This document shows, in pieces, positions 1 through 9,064 of a stretch of 30,805 nt of DNA. Position numbers and translations under genes: made by a program. This stretch comes from Gammaproteobacteria bacterium (lineage in GTDB: Bacteria > Pseudomonadota > Gammaproteobacteria > JAKDMP01), in assembly GCA_050738295.1 (NCBI GenBank), contig JBOHZI010000001.1:1-30805 (forward strand), read 5' to 3'. Under the pieces are notes generated by a model that did no database searches, was not told the origin of the DNA, and saw only the letters and a program-made list of their open reading frames with translations. The first letter of the stretch is position 1. Each line of letters opens with the position of its first letter.

Positions 1-264
1 GTCGAACCCGTAGCGGGCCAGGCAGCGCATGCCGTTGCCGCACTGCTCGGCGGTGCTGCCGTCGGCGTTGAAAATGCGGTAATCCAGCGTGCCGCCACTG
101 GCGGGGTCGATCACCAGCAGTTGGTCGAAACCGATGCCGCGATGCCGGTCGGCCAGCGCCCGAATGCGTTCCGGGCCCAGGTCGAAGGCCTCACGCGTGG
201 CGTCCACGATCATGAAATCGTTGCCCAGCCCGTGCATTTTGCGGAACCGCAGTCCCTTCGCCAT
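1..264 (-). CDS. dapF: Diaminopimelate epimerase, 5' part (runs off window start)
   Basis: Manual translation: [22 protein letters not shown]...GIGFDQLL...[20 protein letters not shown]; the KMHGLGNDF and CGNG motifs are DapF hallmarks. Confidence 0.96.
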   Translation of the reverse strand, partial: MAKGLRFRKMHGLGNDFMIVDATREAFDLGPERIRALADRHRGIGFDQLLVIDPASGGTLDYRIFNADGSTAEQCGNGMRCLARYGFD

Positions 265-371
265 ACCTTTGATTTACCCCGGCGTTTCCAAGCATTATAG
301 AGAACCTGCGGCGTTTACCGGCACTTGGATTGCGTCGCACAGGCGTCCGAAGAACGCTGTGCTCATCCTTA

Positions 372-471
372 TCGTCATTCCCGCGCAGGCGGGAATCCAG
401 TCAAAATAAGGTATCCCGACAAAGTCGGGATACAAAGCCTTACTAGATTCCCGCTTTCGCGGGAATGACGA
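372..471. repeat. REP/dRS3-like inverted doublet with internal hairpin
   Basis: TCGTCATTCCCGCGCAGGCGGGAATCCAGT (372-401) and near-identical inverted copy (442-471), each ATTCCC-N8-GGGAAT; spacer holds GTATCCCGAC-AAA-GTCGGGATAC (411-433). Confidence 0.9.
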
Positions 472-572
472 AAGGCGGATCGAGTGTCCCTTTGTAAATA
501 TATTTGGTCGGGAGCGTGCACAAATGCGCTCAGCCTTCTATACTTCTGGAACCACGTGGACAGGAAGCGACG

Positions 573-1220
573 ATGCGCACGATTCTGGTAGCTAACGCCA
601 AGGGCGGCTGTGGCAAAACGACCATAGCCACCACCCTGGCTTCTCATTACGCCAACGAAGGCCTCGATGTCGTGTTGGCTGATTTCGACCCCCAACAGGG
701 CAGCGCGGACTGGCTCGCGGCACGCGACCCCGGCCGCCCCGCCATTACCGGCCTGCGGGCCATGGACGACGGCCTGCGCCACATGCCGCGATCGGCCGAT
801 GTGCTGGTTATCGACGCCCCGGCCCGGGTACACGGTTCGGAACTGAGCGAATTCCTGCGCCGCGCGGAAACGGTGCTGGTGCCGATTATGCCCTCGCCGG
901 TAGACATGAATGCCGCCGTGCGCTTCCTCGACGAACTGGCGTCCGCGGCACCGGTCGCCCATCGCCAGACGCGCGTTGGCCTCGTCGCCAACCGGCTGAT
1001 GGAATACACCCGCAGCGCTCATGCTCTTGAGCACTGGCTCTCTACCCGGCGCGAATCGGTGGTCGGGCGCCTGCGCGAAACCCAGAACTACGTACGTGCC
1101 GCCGGCATGGGCGCCGGCATCTTCGAACTGCCCGCCTACCAGGCGTGGCAGGACTGGGCACAGTGGGAGTCGGTGCTGGTCTGGTTACAAAGCAAGCGTA
1201 GCCTCCCTAAAAGCGGATAA
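573..1220 (+). CDS. ParA/MinD-family ATPase (no adjacent parB)
   Basis: MRTILVANAKGGCGKTT deviant Walker A, DFDPQ, VIDAP; ATG 573 preceded by AGGA. Confidence 0.9.
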   Translation: MRTILVANAKGGCGKTTIATTLASHYANEGLDVVLADFDPQQGSADWLAARDPGRPAITGLRAMDDGLRHMPRSADVLVIDAPARVHGSELSEFLRRAETVLVPIMPSPVDMNAAVRFLDELASAAPVAHRQTRVGLVANRLMEYTRSAHALEHWLSTRRESVVGRLRETQNYVRAAGMGAGIFELPAYQAWQDWAQWESVLVWLQSKRSLPKSG

Positions 1221-1279
1221 GTTTGTGTCCTTCGGACGGATGGTGTTTGTTGTCTGATCGACAACAACGCCTTCAGCGG

Positions 1280-1497
1280 GAGTCCCTTTCTTTGCGTGCT
1301 CAAAGAAAGGAACCAAAGAAAGCGCACCCCGCATGACCGGTCTGCTGCGCAGACTGCCCTGTGCGCATCGCACAGCGAGGGCTCGCCAGACGGTACCTCC
1401 CTGTACCGGCTGACGAGGCTTCGGCCTCCCTGCCTCGCCCCCTGCGGGGCCGGGAACCTCGCTGCACTGCTGTGCTCGGCGGCCCTGAGGGGAAACT
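1280..1497. repeat. Highly structured intergenic element (MITE/REP-like or ncRNA)
   Basis: Multiple stems: CCTTTCTTTG/CAAAGAAAGG (1285-1310), GTCTGC/GCAGAC (1340-1354), CAGCGAGG/CCTCGCTG (1373-1464), CGGTAC/GTACCG (1391-1408); boundaries approximate. Confidence 0.6.
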
Positions 1498-1681
1498 AGT
1501 GAAGTGAATTAGGGATGAAGTTGAATCAGTGAGCAATAAGCTAACTCGGGGGCTAAATTTTCTTGGGTTGATGGGTTATAACGCCCGAGCTCAAGAGACG
1601 TTTCGCGACAGCAAAAATGAGCAGCTTGGTTAAGCCTTATCCGTAAGGATCTGTTAGGCGTAGTTATTGCGAACTAGTTCC

Positions 1682-1709
1682 TTGACATTATTTAGAATTA
1701 GTTCATAAT
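1682..1709 (+). promoter_or_regulatory. Sigma70-type promoter of the DNA methyltransferase
   Basis: TTGACA (1682-1687) - 16 nt - CATAAT (1704-1709), 30 nt before ATG 1740. Confidence 0.75.
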
Positions 1710-1739
1710 TAACTGGCACGACTAACTAGGACTAGCTTC

Positions 1740-3590
1740 ATGCCTTCAGCACGCGAACTGTCGAATCTGTATAAACAAGCGCATAACATTATGCGAAATA
1801 TCGATGGCCTCCAACCGCAGGAGGCGTTTGATGAACTGCTCAAATATCTTTACTTTAAACAGAAGCACGAGTTGCTACAGACGGATCGCAAGAAGATTAC
1901 CGTACGAGATATTCGAAAGTCCTTTGCTAAGTACCTAGGGCAGGCAAATTCGTGGTCATCAGAGATCTGGCGAGAGCGGTTAATTTATCTCTCTGATGAA
2001 TGTTTGGGTGATATTCATAGCTTACTTGATCCCGTCGAATTTTCGACAGTTGATCTTGATGTGCGTAGCCACGCCCTTCGGCAATTCCTGACACCCGATA
2101 TCCGGAAGGGCTTAGGCATCTACCTAACGCCTGAAGATGTTGTGAGCGCCATCGTTCGATATGTGCAGCCGGCGAGCAACGCATCAGTTCTGGACCCTGC
2201 ATGCGGATCAGGAACATTTCTTATTGAGGTGGCGAAATATCTTTCCTCTAAAAAGATATTGATACACGGAATCGATAAGAATCCGAGGATGTTGCTACTA
2301 GCAGATCTCAATCTTAGTGATAATCCTTCCGTTGTATTCAAAAAGAGTCTGTCCGATTCTCTCAAAACTGAATCGTTCTCCGAACAGTTTGACCTGATAC
2401 TTACCAATCCCCCGTTCGGGGTAACGTTAGACGCTAGAGATTACTCAGATTCATGCTTCAAAACCTTCGAGGATCAAGAGGGTTATTCGCTGAAAAAGCA
2501 GTCGAGCGAAATTGTTTTCATAGAGCGTTGTTTCCAGAAGCTGAAACCAGGTGGAACGCTGGCAATTGTCATACCTCGCAGCATTGCCACGAACAATCGC
2601 CTAGCTCAGGCACGGCAGGCATTGAGCGGGTATGGCTATATCTATGCAATTATAAGTTTACCGCCCGAGACCTTTTCAACTGCCGGGACACAGACTACAA
2701 CAATCGTACTCTTTGCCAGAAAGTATGCAACGGAGCGAGAGCCAAATGAGCCTATTGCCTTGGTTTTCGCAAATGTTAAGAACGTTGGATTCGATTCTAC
2801 TGGGCGAGAAATACAAGGGAATGAGCTTGATTCTTTGCCCGATCAGATGCGCGAGGCAGCCAATACGGGCAGGGATAAAAAATGCGTTAGTGTCCTTGCG
2901 ATAAATAAGAAAAGTGAAACCTTCGCAGGCTTAGATAAAATATTTATTGGCCCCAAGAAGAACATCATGGGAGTCTCGCTGGCGAAGCTATGCGAGTACA
3001 TAGGGACAGGGAAGACCCCCGCCCGCTCAAGTTATTCTGATGCTGGTGGATTTTTGGTCAAGGTGGGGAATTTAACAGGTTCCGGCATAAACTGGGAGGC
3101 GCGAGATCGCAATTACGTTGCCATAGCGGAAATGAAAAAGCGAATGAAAGCGAAGAAGCCGTTACTTTTACGTAAGGGAGACATTTTGCTAACATCTTCA
3201 GCTCATAATTCCGTATATATAGCAAAGAAGAGCGATATTTTTTGTGGTATCCCAGAATTCGTCATGTCCAATGAAGTTTCTTTTGTTGGTGAAGTGATGC
3301 TTGTTCGGCCGAACGCCGACTTGATTTCATCTTATGCGCTTCTGGCATTTCTACGAGAGGCCGCAACTGTGCGGCAGATTCAAGATATGGTGCGAGGCCA
3401 GACAGCACATCTACATGCTTCCGATTTATCTGAGCTTCGCGTTCCAGAAGAAGTATTTTCTAAAAAAGGCAAGTACTCTAGAGCGGCGGAGCTTCTCAAA
3501 AAGCAAGCAGAGTTAAGCGTGGAGATGAATTACCTATTAGCGGAGCAGCACGCAATTCTGAACGGTAGTCAGTCTGTGGCAATCGGCTAA
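1740..3590 (+). CDS. N6-adenine DNA methyltransferase (HsdM-like) with fused C-terminal HsdS-like target recognition domain
   Basis: GIYLTP, VLDPACGSGTF (motif I), ILTNPPFG (motif IV); C-terminal TGKTP...LRKGDILL...HLHASDLSELRVP resembles one type I S-subunit TRD; AT-richer than flanks. Confidence 0.9.
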   Translation: MPSARELSNLYKQAHNIMRNIDGLQPQEAFDELLKYLYFKQKHELLQTDRKKITVRDIRKSFAKYLGQANSWSSEIWRERLIYLSDECLGDIHSLLDPVEFSTVDLDVRSHALRQFLTPDIRKGLGIYLTPEDVVSAIVRYVQPASNASVLDPACGSGTFLIEVAKYLSSKKILIHGIDKNPRMLLLADLNLSDNPSVVFKKSLSDSLKTESFSEQFDLILTNPPFGVTLDARDYSDSCFKTFEDQEGYSLKKQSSEIVFIERCFQKLKPGGTLAIVIPRSIATNNRLAQARQALSGYGYIYAIISLPPETFSTAGTQTTTIVLFARKYATEREPNEPIALVFANVKNVGFDSTGREIQGNELDSLPDQMREAANTGRDKKCVSVLAINKKSETFAGLDKIFIGPKKNIMGVSLAKLCEYIGTGKTPARSSYSDAGGFLVKVGNLTGSGINWEARDRNYVAIAEMKKRMKAKKPLLLRKGDILLTSSAHNSVYIAKKSDIFCGIPEFVMSNEVSFVGEVMLVRPNADLISSYALLAFLREAATVRQIQDMVRGQTAHLHASDLSELRVPEEVFSKKGKYSRAAELLKKQAELSVEMNYLLAEQHAILNGSQSVAIG

Positions 3591-3603
3591 AGCCATTGAT
3601 GTG

Positions 3604-4614
3604 TTACCGCCTTTGATAAAGGCTTTTTGCTTCAGCAATTCGGTCTGTATCACGAAGCGTCAATAATCGACGGGCTCGTTCGTCCAAAAAAGGCAAAACT
3701 TCCATGAGCTTGGCCTTATTCAAAGATTTTTTGCTGGCGATAGAAATCAATTCTTCAAGGTCGTGATCTTCTTGAATCAAAGGCGAGATAGCGTAGGCAT
3801 TCTCCGGGGCGGACAATATACGGACTTCGTTTATGCTTAACAGTTTCGATGGCATCGGTTCTGATGCCAATAAGCTTCTGTCGTAATTTGGCTCAACGTA
3901 GTAAGTTATTTCAATTTTCGGGTTAGTGTCTGCGCTTGTAACCAGTGCTTCAAATACCTTCACAGGGTTGCAGAGATAAAATTGGTAACTGTACGGCCAG
4001 AAATTTTTGGGCGCGGGAGTTTTGTTTGGGTTCCTCTTAATGTGCTCAAGAAATATCTTATGATAATAGTTGTTCATCAGAACGGTGAAGTGTTGGTGCC
4101 GTTTATCCTTGTTCCATATCTCAAAAGCCTGAAACCTAATCGAATCAAATTTGTTTTCTAAAAATTGTGGGTAATCGGCTATAGTTAGGAATACGCGATC
4201 AATTGTTTGGGTCAGTAATTTAAGCTCCGCTTCGGACTTTACGGCGAAGAGCCACTTACTGTCGTCCATGCGCTTTAAATTGGTTGATCCACAGTTCGGG
4301 CAAGTATCTTCTATTCTAAGTACTCTGCTCTTGCAATCTTCGCAGCTATCAAGTTGATCAACTCTACTGCATGATTTAACTTCTGATCCGTCTTTCAGGT
4401 CATCTCCACGCGCGCCTGTTCTCGAACCTTCTATACCAGTTATTAGCGAAGCAAGATGTTGGCCTGGGTAGCCAATCTTCATGTTCGGTGTTTGCTTTGT
4501 GATCTTCGACCAATTAATAGCTTTGACGCGAGGAAACAGCACTAGCTCTTCAAGTAAGCGCTTGATCAGGGCCTTGTTGTCTCGGATAGTGATGAGTTCT
4601 TCTTGGGGTTTCAT
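3604..4614 (-). CDS. Type II restriction endonuclease, MamI/XmnI-like
   Basis: KIGYPGQHLASL...GARGDDLKDGSEVKSCSRVDQLD (PD-(D/E)xK-like), CxxC-x10-CxxC; convergent with the MTase; family assignment from recalled motif. Confidence 0.75.
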   Translation of the reverse strand: MKPQEELITIRDNKALIKRLLEELVLFPRVKAINWSKITKQTPNMKIGYPGQHLASLITGIEGSRTGARGDDLKDGSEVKSCSRVDQLDSCEDCKSRVLRIEDTCPNCGSTNLKRMDDSKWLFAVKSEAELKLLTQTIDRVFLTIADYPQFLENKFDSIRFQAFEIWNKDKRHQHFTVLMNNYYHKIFLEHIKRNPNKTPAPKNFWPYSYQFYLCNPVKVFEALVTSADTNPKIEITYYVEPNYDRSLLASEPMPSKLLSINEVRILSAPENAYAISPLIQEDHDLEELISIASKKSLNKAKLMEVLPFLDERARRLLTLRDTDRIAEAKSLYQRR

Positions 4615-4776
4615 TTGTACCTCGATCGTTCTGGTGTCTAAAATCAGGTGCAGTGTCGAATTCTTGGGGCGCGTTCAAGGCGCCGGTCAGGTCGAAGACG
4701 TGAGTGTAGCCGTGACGGGCGATGGGATCAACTGGGTCGATTTGATTCGGCCTTGAGAATCAAGCCTTACAATTGA

Positions 4777-4845
4777 CACATCTTCAGCATGAGGAAAGCC
4801 AATGAACGCGAGCAAGCCCGTATCGGCCCGTACCTTGAAGTCTGA
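4777..4845 (+). pseudogene. brnT: C-terminal remnant of BrnT toxin
   Basis: HIFSMRKANEREQARIGPYLEV* overlaps the brnA start; in-frame TGA at 4774-4776 immediately upstream. Confidence 0.75.
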
Positions 4846-5080
4846 CCTCAAGCGCGTGGACTCGCACGAAACAAAACCGAGCGAGTACAAGGAGCTTCCG
4901 GAACTGACGGATGCCATGCTCAAGCGGGGCACCGTCAAACGTGCCGGTCGGCCGGTCGCAACCGATCCACGGCGCCAGGTCACGATTCGTCTCCCGGAGT
5001 CCGTGTTAGCCAAATGGAAGGCTACAGGTCCGGGTTGGCAGACTCGTATGGCAAACTTGCTTAGCAAGCGAGCATCCTAG
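4802..5080 (+). CDS. brnA: BrnA-family antitoxin
   Basis: ELPELTD...GRP...QVTIRLPESVLAKWKATGPGWQTRM signature. Confidence 0.9.
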   Translation: MNASKPVSARTLKSDLKRVDSHETKPSEYKELPELTDAMLKRGTVKRAGRPVATDPRRQVTIRLPESVLAKWKATGPGWQTRMANLLSKRAS

Positions 5081-5114
5081 ACGTTACCGCATCCCAGGCG
5101 GCTGCTTTTGCCGG

Positions 5115-6107
5115 TCAGGTCATGGCGAGCGTGACCATGAGTGCGCCGAGCGTGCCAACACCGATCGCTATGAAATAAAGAAACAGCACGCTCAGTCCAC
5201 GCAAGATGGTTCGCGGCCAGGTGTCGGCGTAGGCCGTACGCAGCGCAGGGAAAACATAGAGCACTGTCCATGCACCCAGGATGGCCGAGAGCCACTGTAA
5301 CGTGGTGGCGACAAGCGTCGGAGACACGCTTGCACCCAGCAGTAGCAATGTTATGACCAGCAGGTTCAGAAAGATAACGCTGTGGTAATGCAGCGCAAAA
5401 ATCAGGTGCTCGCTGTAGTAGCGCTTGCGAGGCAGGTAAAAGAGTTTGAGTAGGAGCGCGAATATCGGGATCAGGAAGAACAGCACCTTGGGCATGTTGC
5501 TCCAGAAATGTTGACTGAATTCGCCGGGCGTGGCATCGGCGGCGACCGCGTGCGACTTGACCCATCGGGCAAGGGGGCGCATCGCACTGGCAGCCGCAGG
5601 TGCTTTCTGGCTCGTGGATCCGGCGATGCGGTTCTTGATGAGGCCGCCGGCATTGCTTACAGTACCGGGCGGGTGTTTGTGGGCCGATATCTGTTTGGTT
5701 GGTGCCTCGACACCGGGGAGTCGGGTGGCCGTACCTGGCGTCATGACGTGGGGCGTGTTGGGGGTCTTTATGTTGAAGTTGATGAGATGTATGGGAGACA
5801 GCCCGATCGTGAGAAAGAAAACGATGCTGATGAACAGGTACAGGCGTATGGGAGGGATGTAGCGTTGGCGCTGACCGGACAGATAGTTGCGAGTCAGGCG
5901 GCCGGGGTGGAACAGGATCAGTTGCAGCGTATGCCAGATGCGGCCGTCAAACTGAAACTGGTCGGATAAAAAATCCTGTATCAGCCGGTGCAGAGGAACG
6001 GCGAGCGAGTGATCTTCCTGGCCGCAATTTGCACAAAACGGCCCCACGAACGGCGCTCCGCAGTTGGGGCAGTTGCGTGAAGGGGGCGCCTGGTCGGGCT
6101 CGTTCAT
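5115..6107 (-). CDS. DUF3667-like membrane protein
   Basis: CPNCG...FCANCGQ zinc ribbon, PGRLTRNYLSGQRQRYIPPIRLYLF, C-terminal TM helices with EHLIFALHYH. Confidence 0.85.
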   Translation of the reverse strand: MNEPDQAPPSRNCPNCGAPFVGPFCANCGQEDHSLAVPLHRLIQDFLSDQFQFDGRIWHTLQLILFHPGRLTRNYLSGQRQRYIPPIRLYLFISIVFFLTIGLSPIHLINFNIKTPNTPHVMTPGTATRLPGVEAPTKQISAHKHPPGTVSNAGGLIKNRIAGSTSQKAPAAASAMRPLARWVKSHAVAADATPGEFSQHFWSNMPKVLFFLIPIFALLLKLFYLPRKRYYSEHLIFALHYHSVIFLNLLVITLLLLGASVSPTLVATTLQWLSAILGAWTVLYVFPALRTAYADTWPRTILRGLSVLFLYFIAIGVGTLGALMVTLAMT

Positions 6108-6227
6108 GATCTCTCGGTGAAATGCCGAACAACGGTGTGCGACCGATGACGGTCATGTTACACGAGGTGTTCGGTGCTATCGGCGTCGCGCGTGTAGGCC
6201 TGACACCTCAAAATGGCTTTTTATGAA

Positions 6228-7334
6228 TTATTTGTCAGACGAAATTCTGAGTTTGCGCCGCACCAGGCCGAGGAGCCAGTGTTCGGTGGTGGGGCGGGGC
6301 GCTGGTCCGAGCATCACGGCGAGCCAGCGTGTTTCGGAATAAGATTCGAAACCAATGCGGATAATCATGGTGAGCGGGACGGAGAGCAGCATACCGACCG
6401 GCCCGAGCACCCAGCCCCAGACGATCAGCGAAATCCATACCACAAGCGTGGAAAGGCCCAGCCGCTCGCCAAACAACACCGGCTCGGCGATATTCCCAGT
6501 GACAAAGTGAATGACGAGCAAGCAGCCTGCGGTGAAGCCGAATAACGGCCAGCCGCCCTGAAGCAGGGCGAGTAATATCGGCGGGATGGCAGAGAGAAAG
6601 GCGCCGATGTTGGGGATGAAGTTGAGCAGGAATGCGAGCAAGCCCCACAAAAGCGCGTAGCGCACGCCTAAACCCCATAACGTCAGTGCTACCAGAATGC
6701 CGAGTGCCAGGCTGATAATCGTTTTCAGGAAAACATAGCGCTGTACGCTGTCCGCGAACGATGAGAATATTTCAAGCGAATTGTGATGTTGATCCTTCTT
6801 CGGCATGCTGTCGAGTTTTCGCGGCAGTGCGCTGGCTTCAAACAGCAAAAAGATCAGAGTCAGCATGATCAGGAAGACATCGCCGAGTACGCCGCCGAAG
6901 CCCTTGATAAATCCGGTTAGCAGGGGGGAGGCATTGCCCAAATTGAGTTTACTGCGCAAGCTTTGCAGGGAGCCGCTCCAACCCAGTTTGTGGGCGAACT
7001 TCATCGTTTCCTGCAGGATGTGTTGAAAGTGGCTCTGGTAGGTGGGCAGGTCGTGGACGATCTGGCGAACGGAATTTCCAATTATGGCGCCGATAACGAG
7101 TATTGCGACGATGATGATGACGATGAGAATAGCGACAGAAGCCATCGTAGGCACATTTTTTCCGCGCAGCCATGAGAGCAGCGGCAAGCAGATGATGGCG
7201 ATAGAAAGTGCGAGCAGAAAAAGCACGATCAGCTCGGATGCCGCGCGCATGCCGGCGATTACCACGACCAAGGCCGCCAAGGCCAGGAGCCCCCGCCAGG
7301 CGGCCGGCCTTCCGCTTTCGGGTTTTTCTTTCAT
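6228..7334 (-). CDS. AI-2E family transporter
   Basis: Multi-TM, WGLLAFLLNFIPNIG, WGWVLGPVGMLLSVPLT; start uncertain (7334 or 7370). Confidence 0.9.
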   Translation of the reverse strand: MKEKPESGRPAAWRGLLALAALVVVIAGMRAASELIVLFLLALSIAIICLPLLSWLRGKNVPTMASVAILIVIIIVAILVIGAIIGNSVRQIVHDLPTYQSHFQHILQETMKFAHKLGWSGSLQSLRSKLNLGNASPLLTGFIKGFGGVLGDVFLIMLTLIFLLFEASALPRKLDSMPKKDQHHNSLEIFSSFADSVQRYVFLKTIISLALGILVALTLWGLGVRYALLWGLLAFLLNFIPNIGAFLSAIPPILLALLQGGWPLFGFTAGCLLVIHFVTGNIAEPVLFGERLGLSTLVVWISLIVWGWVLGPVGMLLSVPLTMIIRIGFESYSETRWLAVMLGPAPRPTTEHWLLGLVRRKLRISSDK

Positions 7335-7524
7335 CGGCTTATTATGCAGTGCGTTTGGAGGATAGTACACGAATGCGCATGTGGTCGTCTGTACGTTCAG
7401 TCGTCCGCCTCGCCCGAAGCCTTATATAGGGTTAATGGCCCAGATGGGTAGGCCTTAAAATGTGGATGTCCAGAAAAAAGCAATAGTAAAATGCAGAGGC
7501 AAAACCCAATGGAGTGATGTCGAT

Positions 7525-7869
7525 ATGGTTATTGAAAAAGGCAATAAGGTTCATATCAGTTACAGACCACTTTACGAGAATTCGGTCCGGCGTCACTTTT
7601 TGGGTGAGGTGCAGGCGAATGAAGGCTCGATATGTCGTCTTGAAGGATTTGAATTTATCTATGATCAAAAATCGACAAAGTACCTGAGAAAACCGGAAAA
7701 ACGCATAACGATAATTGACTTGTCGGAGAACGGATACGTCGTGAATATAATAGATTCGGAAGTTAATCTGGTTGATGTGGTTTACAAATATGTCATGGAC
7801 GTTGGCCTGATAGTTACTGACGGCAAAGAGTTTTCACTAAACATTAACGAATTCGGTACAAGAAGCTAA
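7525..7869 (+). CDS. Hypothetical protein
   Basis: AT-rich 114-aa ORF, GGAG at 7511-7514 before ATG 7525; no family recognised. Confidence 0.65.
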   Translation: MVIEKGNKVHISYRPLYENSVRRHFLGEVQANEGSICRLEGFEFIYDQKSTKYLRKPEKRITIIDLSENGYVVNIIDSEVNLVDVVYKYVMDVGLIVTDGKEFSLNINEFGTRS

Positions 7870-8022
7870 GAACTGCAGTGGCTGGTGGTTAGTGTTTAAT
7901 CTGTTTGCGGCTCAATAGAGCCAGATTGAAAGATACGAACGGCTCAAATCGGCTTTCACTGCAAGTGCGCCCAACACCCCACTTAATGGATAATAGGTGC
8001 TGGGCTAATAACATCGGATGCC

Positions 8023-8958
8023 ATGAAATCATCGCCGGAAAGCGCTCCCTCGGGACAGCAATGGACGATCCGTTGGAATGGCGGGTTCGGTGCTTCTTGT
8101 GCCACGGTGGTCGAGGTCGGGGGCGGCTTGCGCGAATGTGTACTCGCTGGCCTCGCCGTACTCGATCCGTTCCCGCGCAATGCGATCTGCGACGGCGCTC
8201 ACAACATGCCGCTAATTCCGTGGCCGAATCGCATCCGCGACGGTCGCTATTCTTTTGACGGTAGCGACTACCAACTGACGCTTACCGAGCCGGCTTTGCA
8301 CAACGCGATCCACGGCTTTCTGCGCTGGCGCAACTGGGCCATGCGCGAGCGCGAAGAGAACCGGATCGTCGTCGCCACGGTGCTGCATCCGCAACCGGGT
8401 TATCCGTTCACGCTGGACATCGCTGTCGCTTACACGCTCGACGAGAAGGGTCTCACCACCCGCATCACTGCCACCAATCTCGGTGACAAAGCCTGCCCCT
8501 ACGGCTGCGGTCAGCACCCGTACCTCACCTGCGGCACCGAGACCATCGACTCGCTCGGCCTGGAGCTCAACGCAGCGAAGTGGCTGCCAACCGATGAACA
8601 ACAGATTCCCACCGGGGCTGAAGCGGTGGCGGGCTCGTCCTGCGATTTTCGCAGCGGGCGCGTCATCGGCGCGCAGCAGCTTGACTGCGCCTTTACCGAC
8701 CTTGCGCGCGATGCGAAGGGAAGGGCCTGGGCGCACGTCACGTCCCCCGAAGGGCGGCGGCTCAGCCTGTGGGTGGACGAACACTTCCGTTATCTCCAGA
8801 TCTATACGGGCGATACCCTGGACCCGTCGCGCCGGCGCCGCGGACTTGCCGTCGAACCCATGACCTGCGCGCCGAATGGTTTTGTAAGCGGCGACGGCCT
8901 GATCCGGCTCGAACCCGGCGAGTCGGTTACCATCGCCTGGGGTCTTGCTGTCGGCTGA
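8023..8958 (+). CDS. Aldose 1-epimerase (galactose mutarotase-like) family protein
   Basis: PWPNRI, NAIHG, HPYL, LQIYTG, AVEPMT motifs. Confidence 0.9.
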   Translation: MKSSPESAPSGQQWTIRWNGGFGASCATVVEVGGGLRECVLAGLAVLDPFPRNAICDGAHNMPLIPWPNRIRDGRYSFDGSDYQLTLTEPALHNAIHGFLRWRNWAMREREENRIVVATVLHPQPGYPFTLDIAVAYTLDEKGLTTRITATNLGDKACPYGCGQHPYLTCGTETIDSLGLELNAAKWLPTDEQQIPTGAEAVAGSSCDFRSGRVIGAQQLDCAFTDLARDAKGRAWAHVTSPEGRRLSLWVDEHFRYLQIYTGDTLDPSRRRRGLAVEPMTCAPNGFVSGDGLIRLEPGESVTIAWGLAVG

Positions 8959-9064
8959 GCTTTCAGGAATAAAATCAGGATCGGAGTCGAATTGCTAGAC
9001 CGTCCTGATGGACGGCGGTTATTGGTGGGTGTTTAATACCATCTCGATTTCGGAGAAATCGGTC

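Noticed and set aside
1780..1795. CGCATAA-CA-TTATGCG palindrome resembling a dif site
   Set aside because: Spacer is 2 bp instead of 6, the XerD arm is imperfect, and it lies inside the MTase coding sequence
7968..7990. GCCCAAC as an attC R'' site
   Set aside because: Not adjacent to a stop codon and no L boxes or GTTRRRY partner
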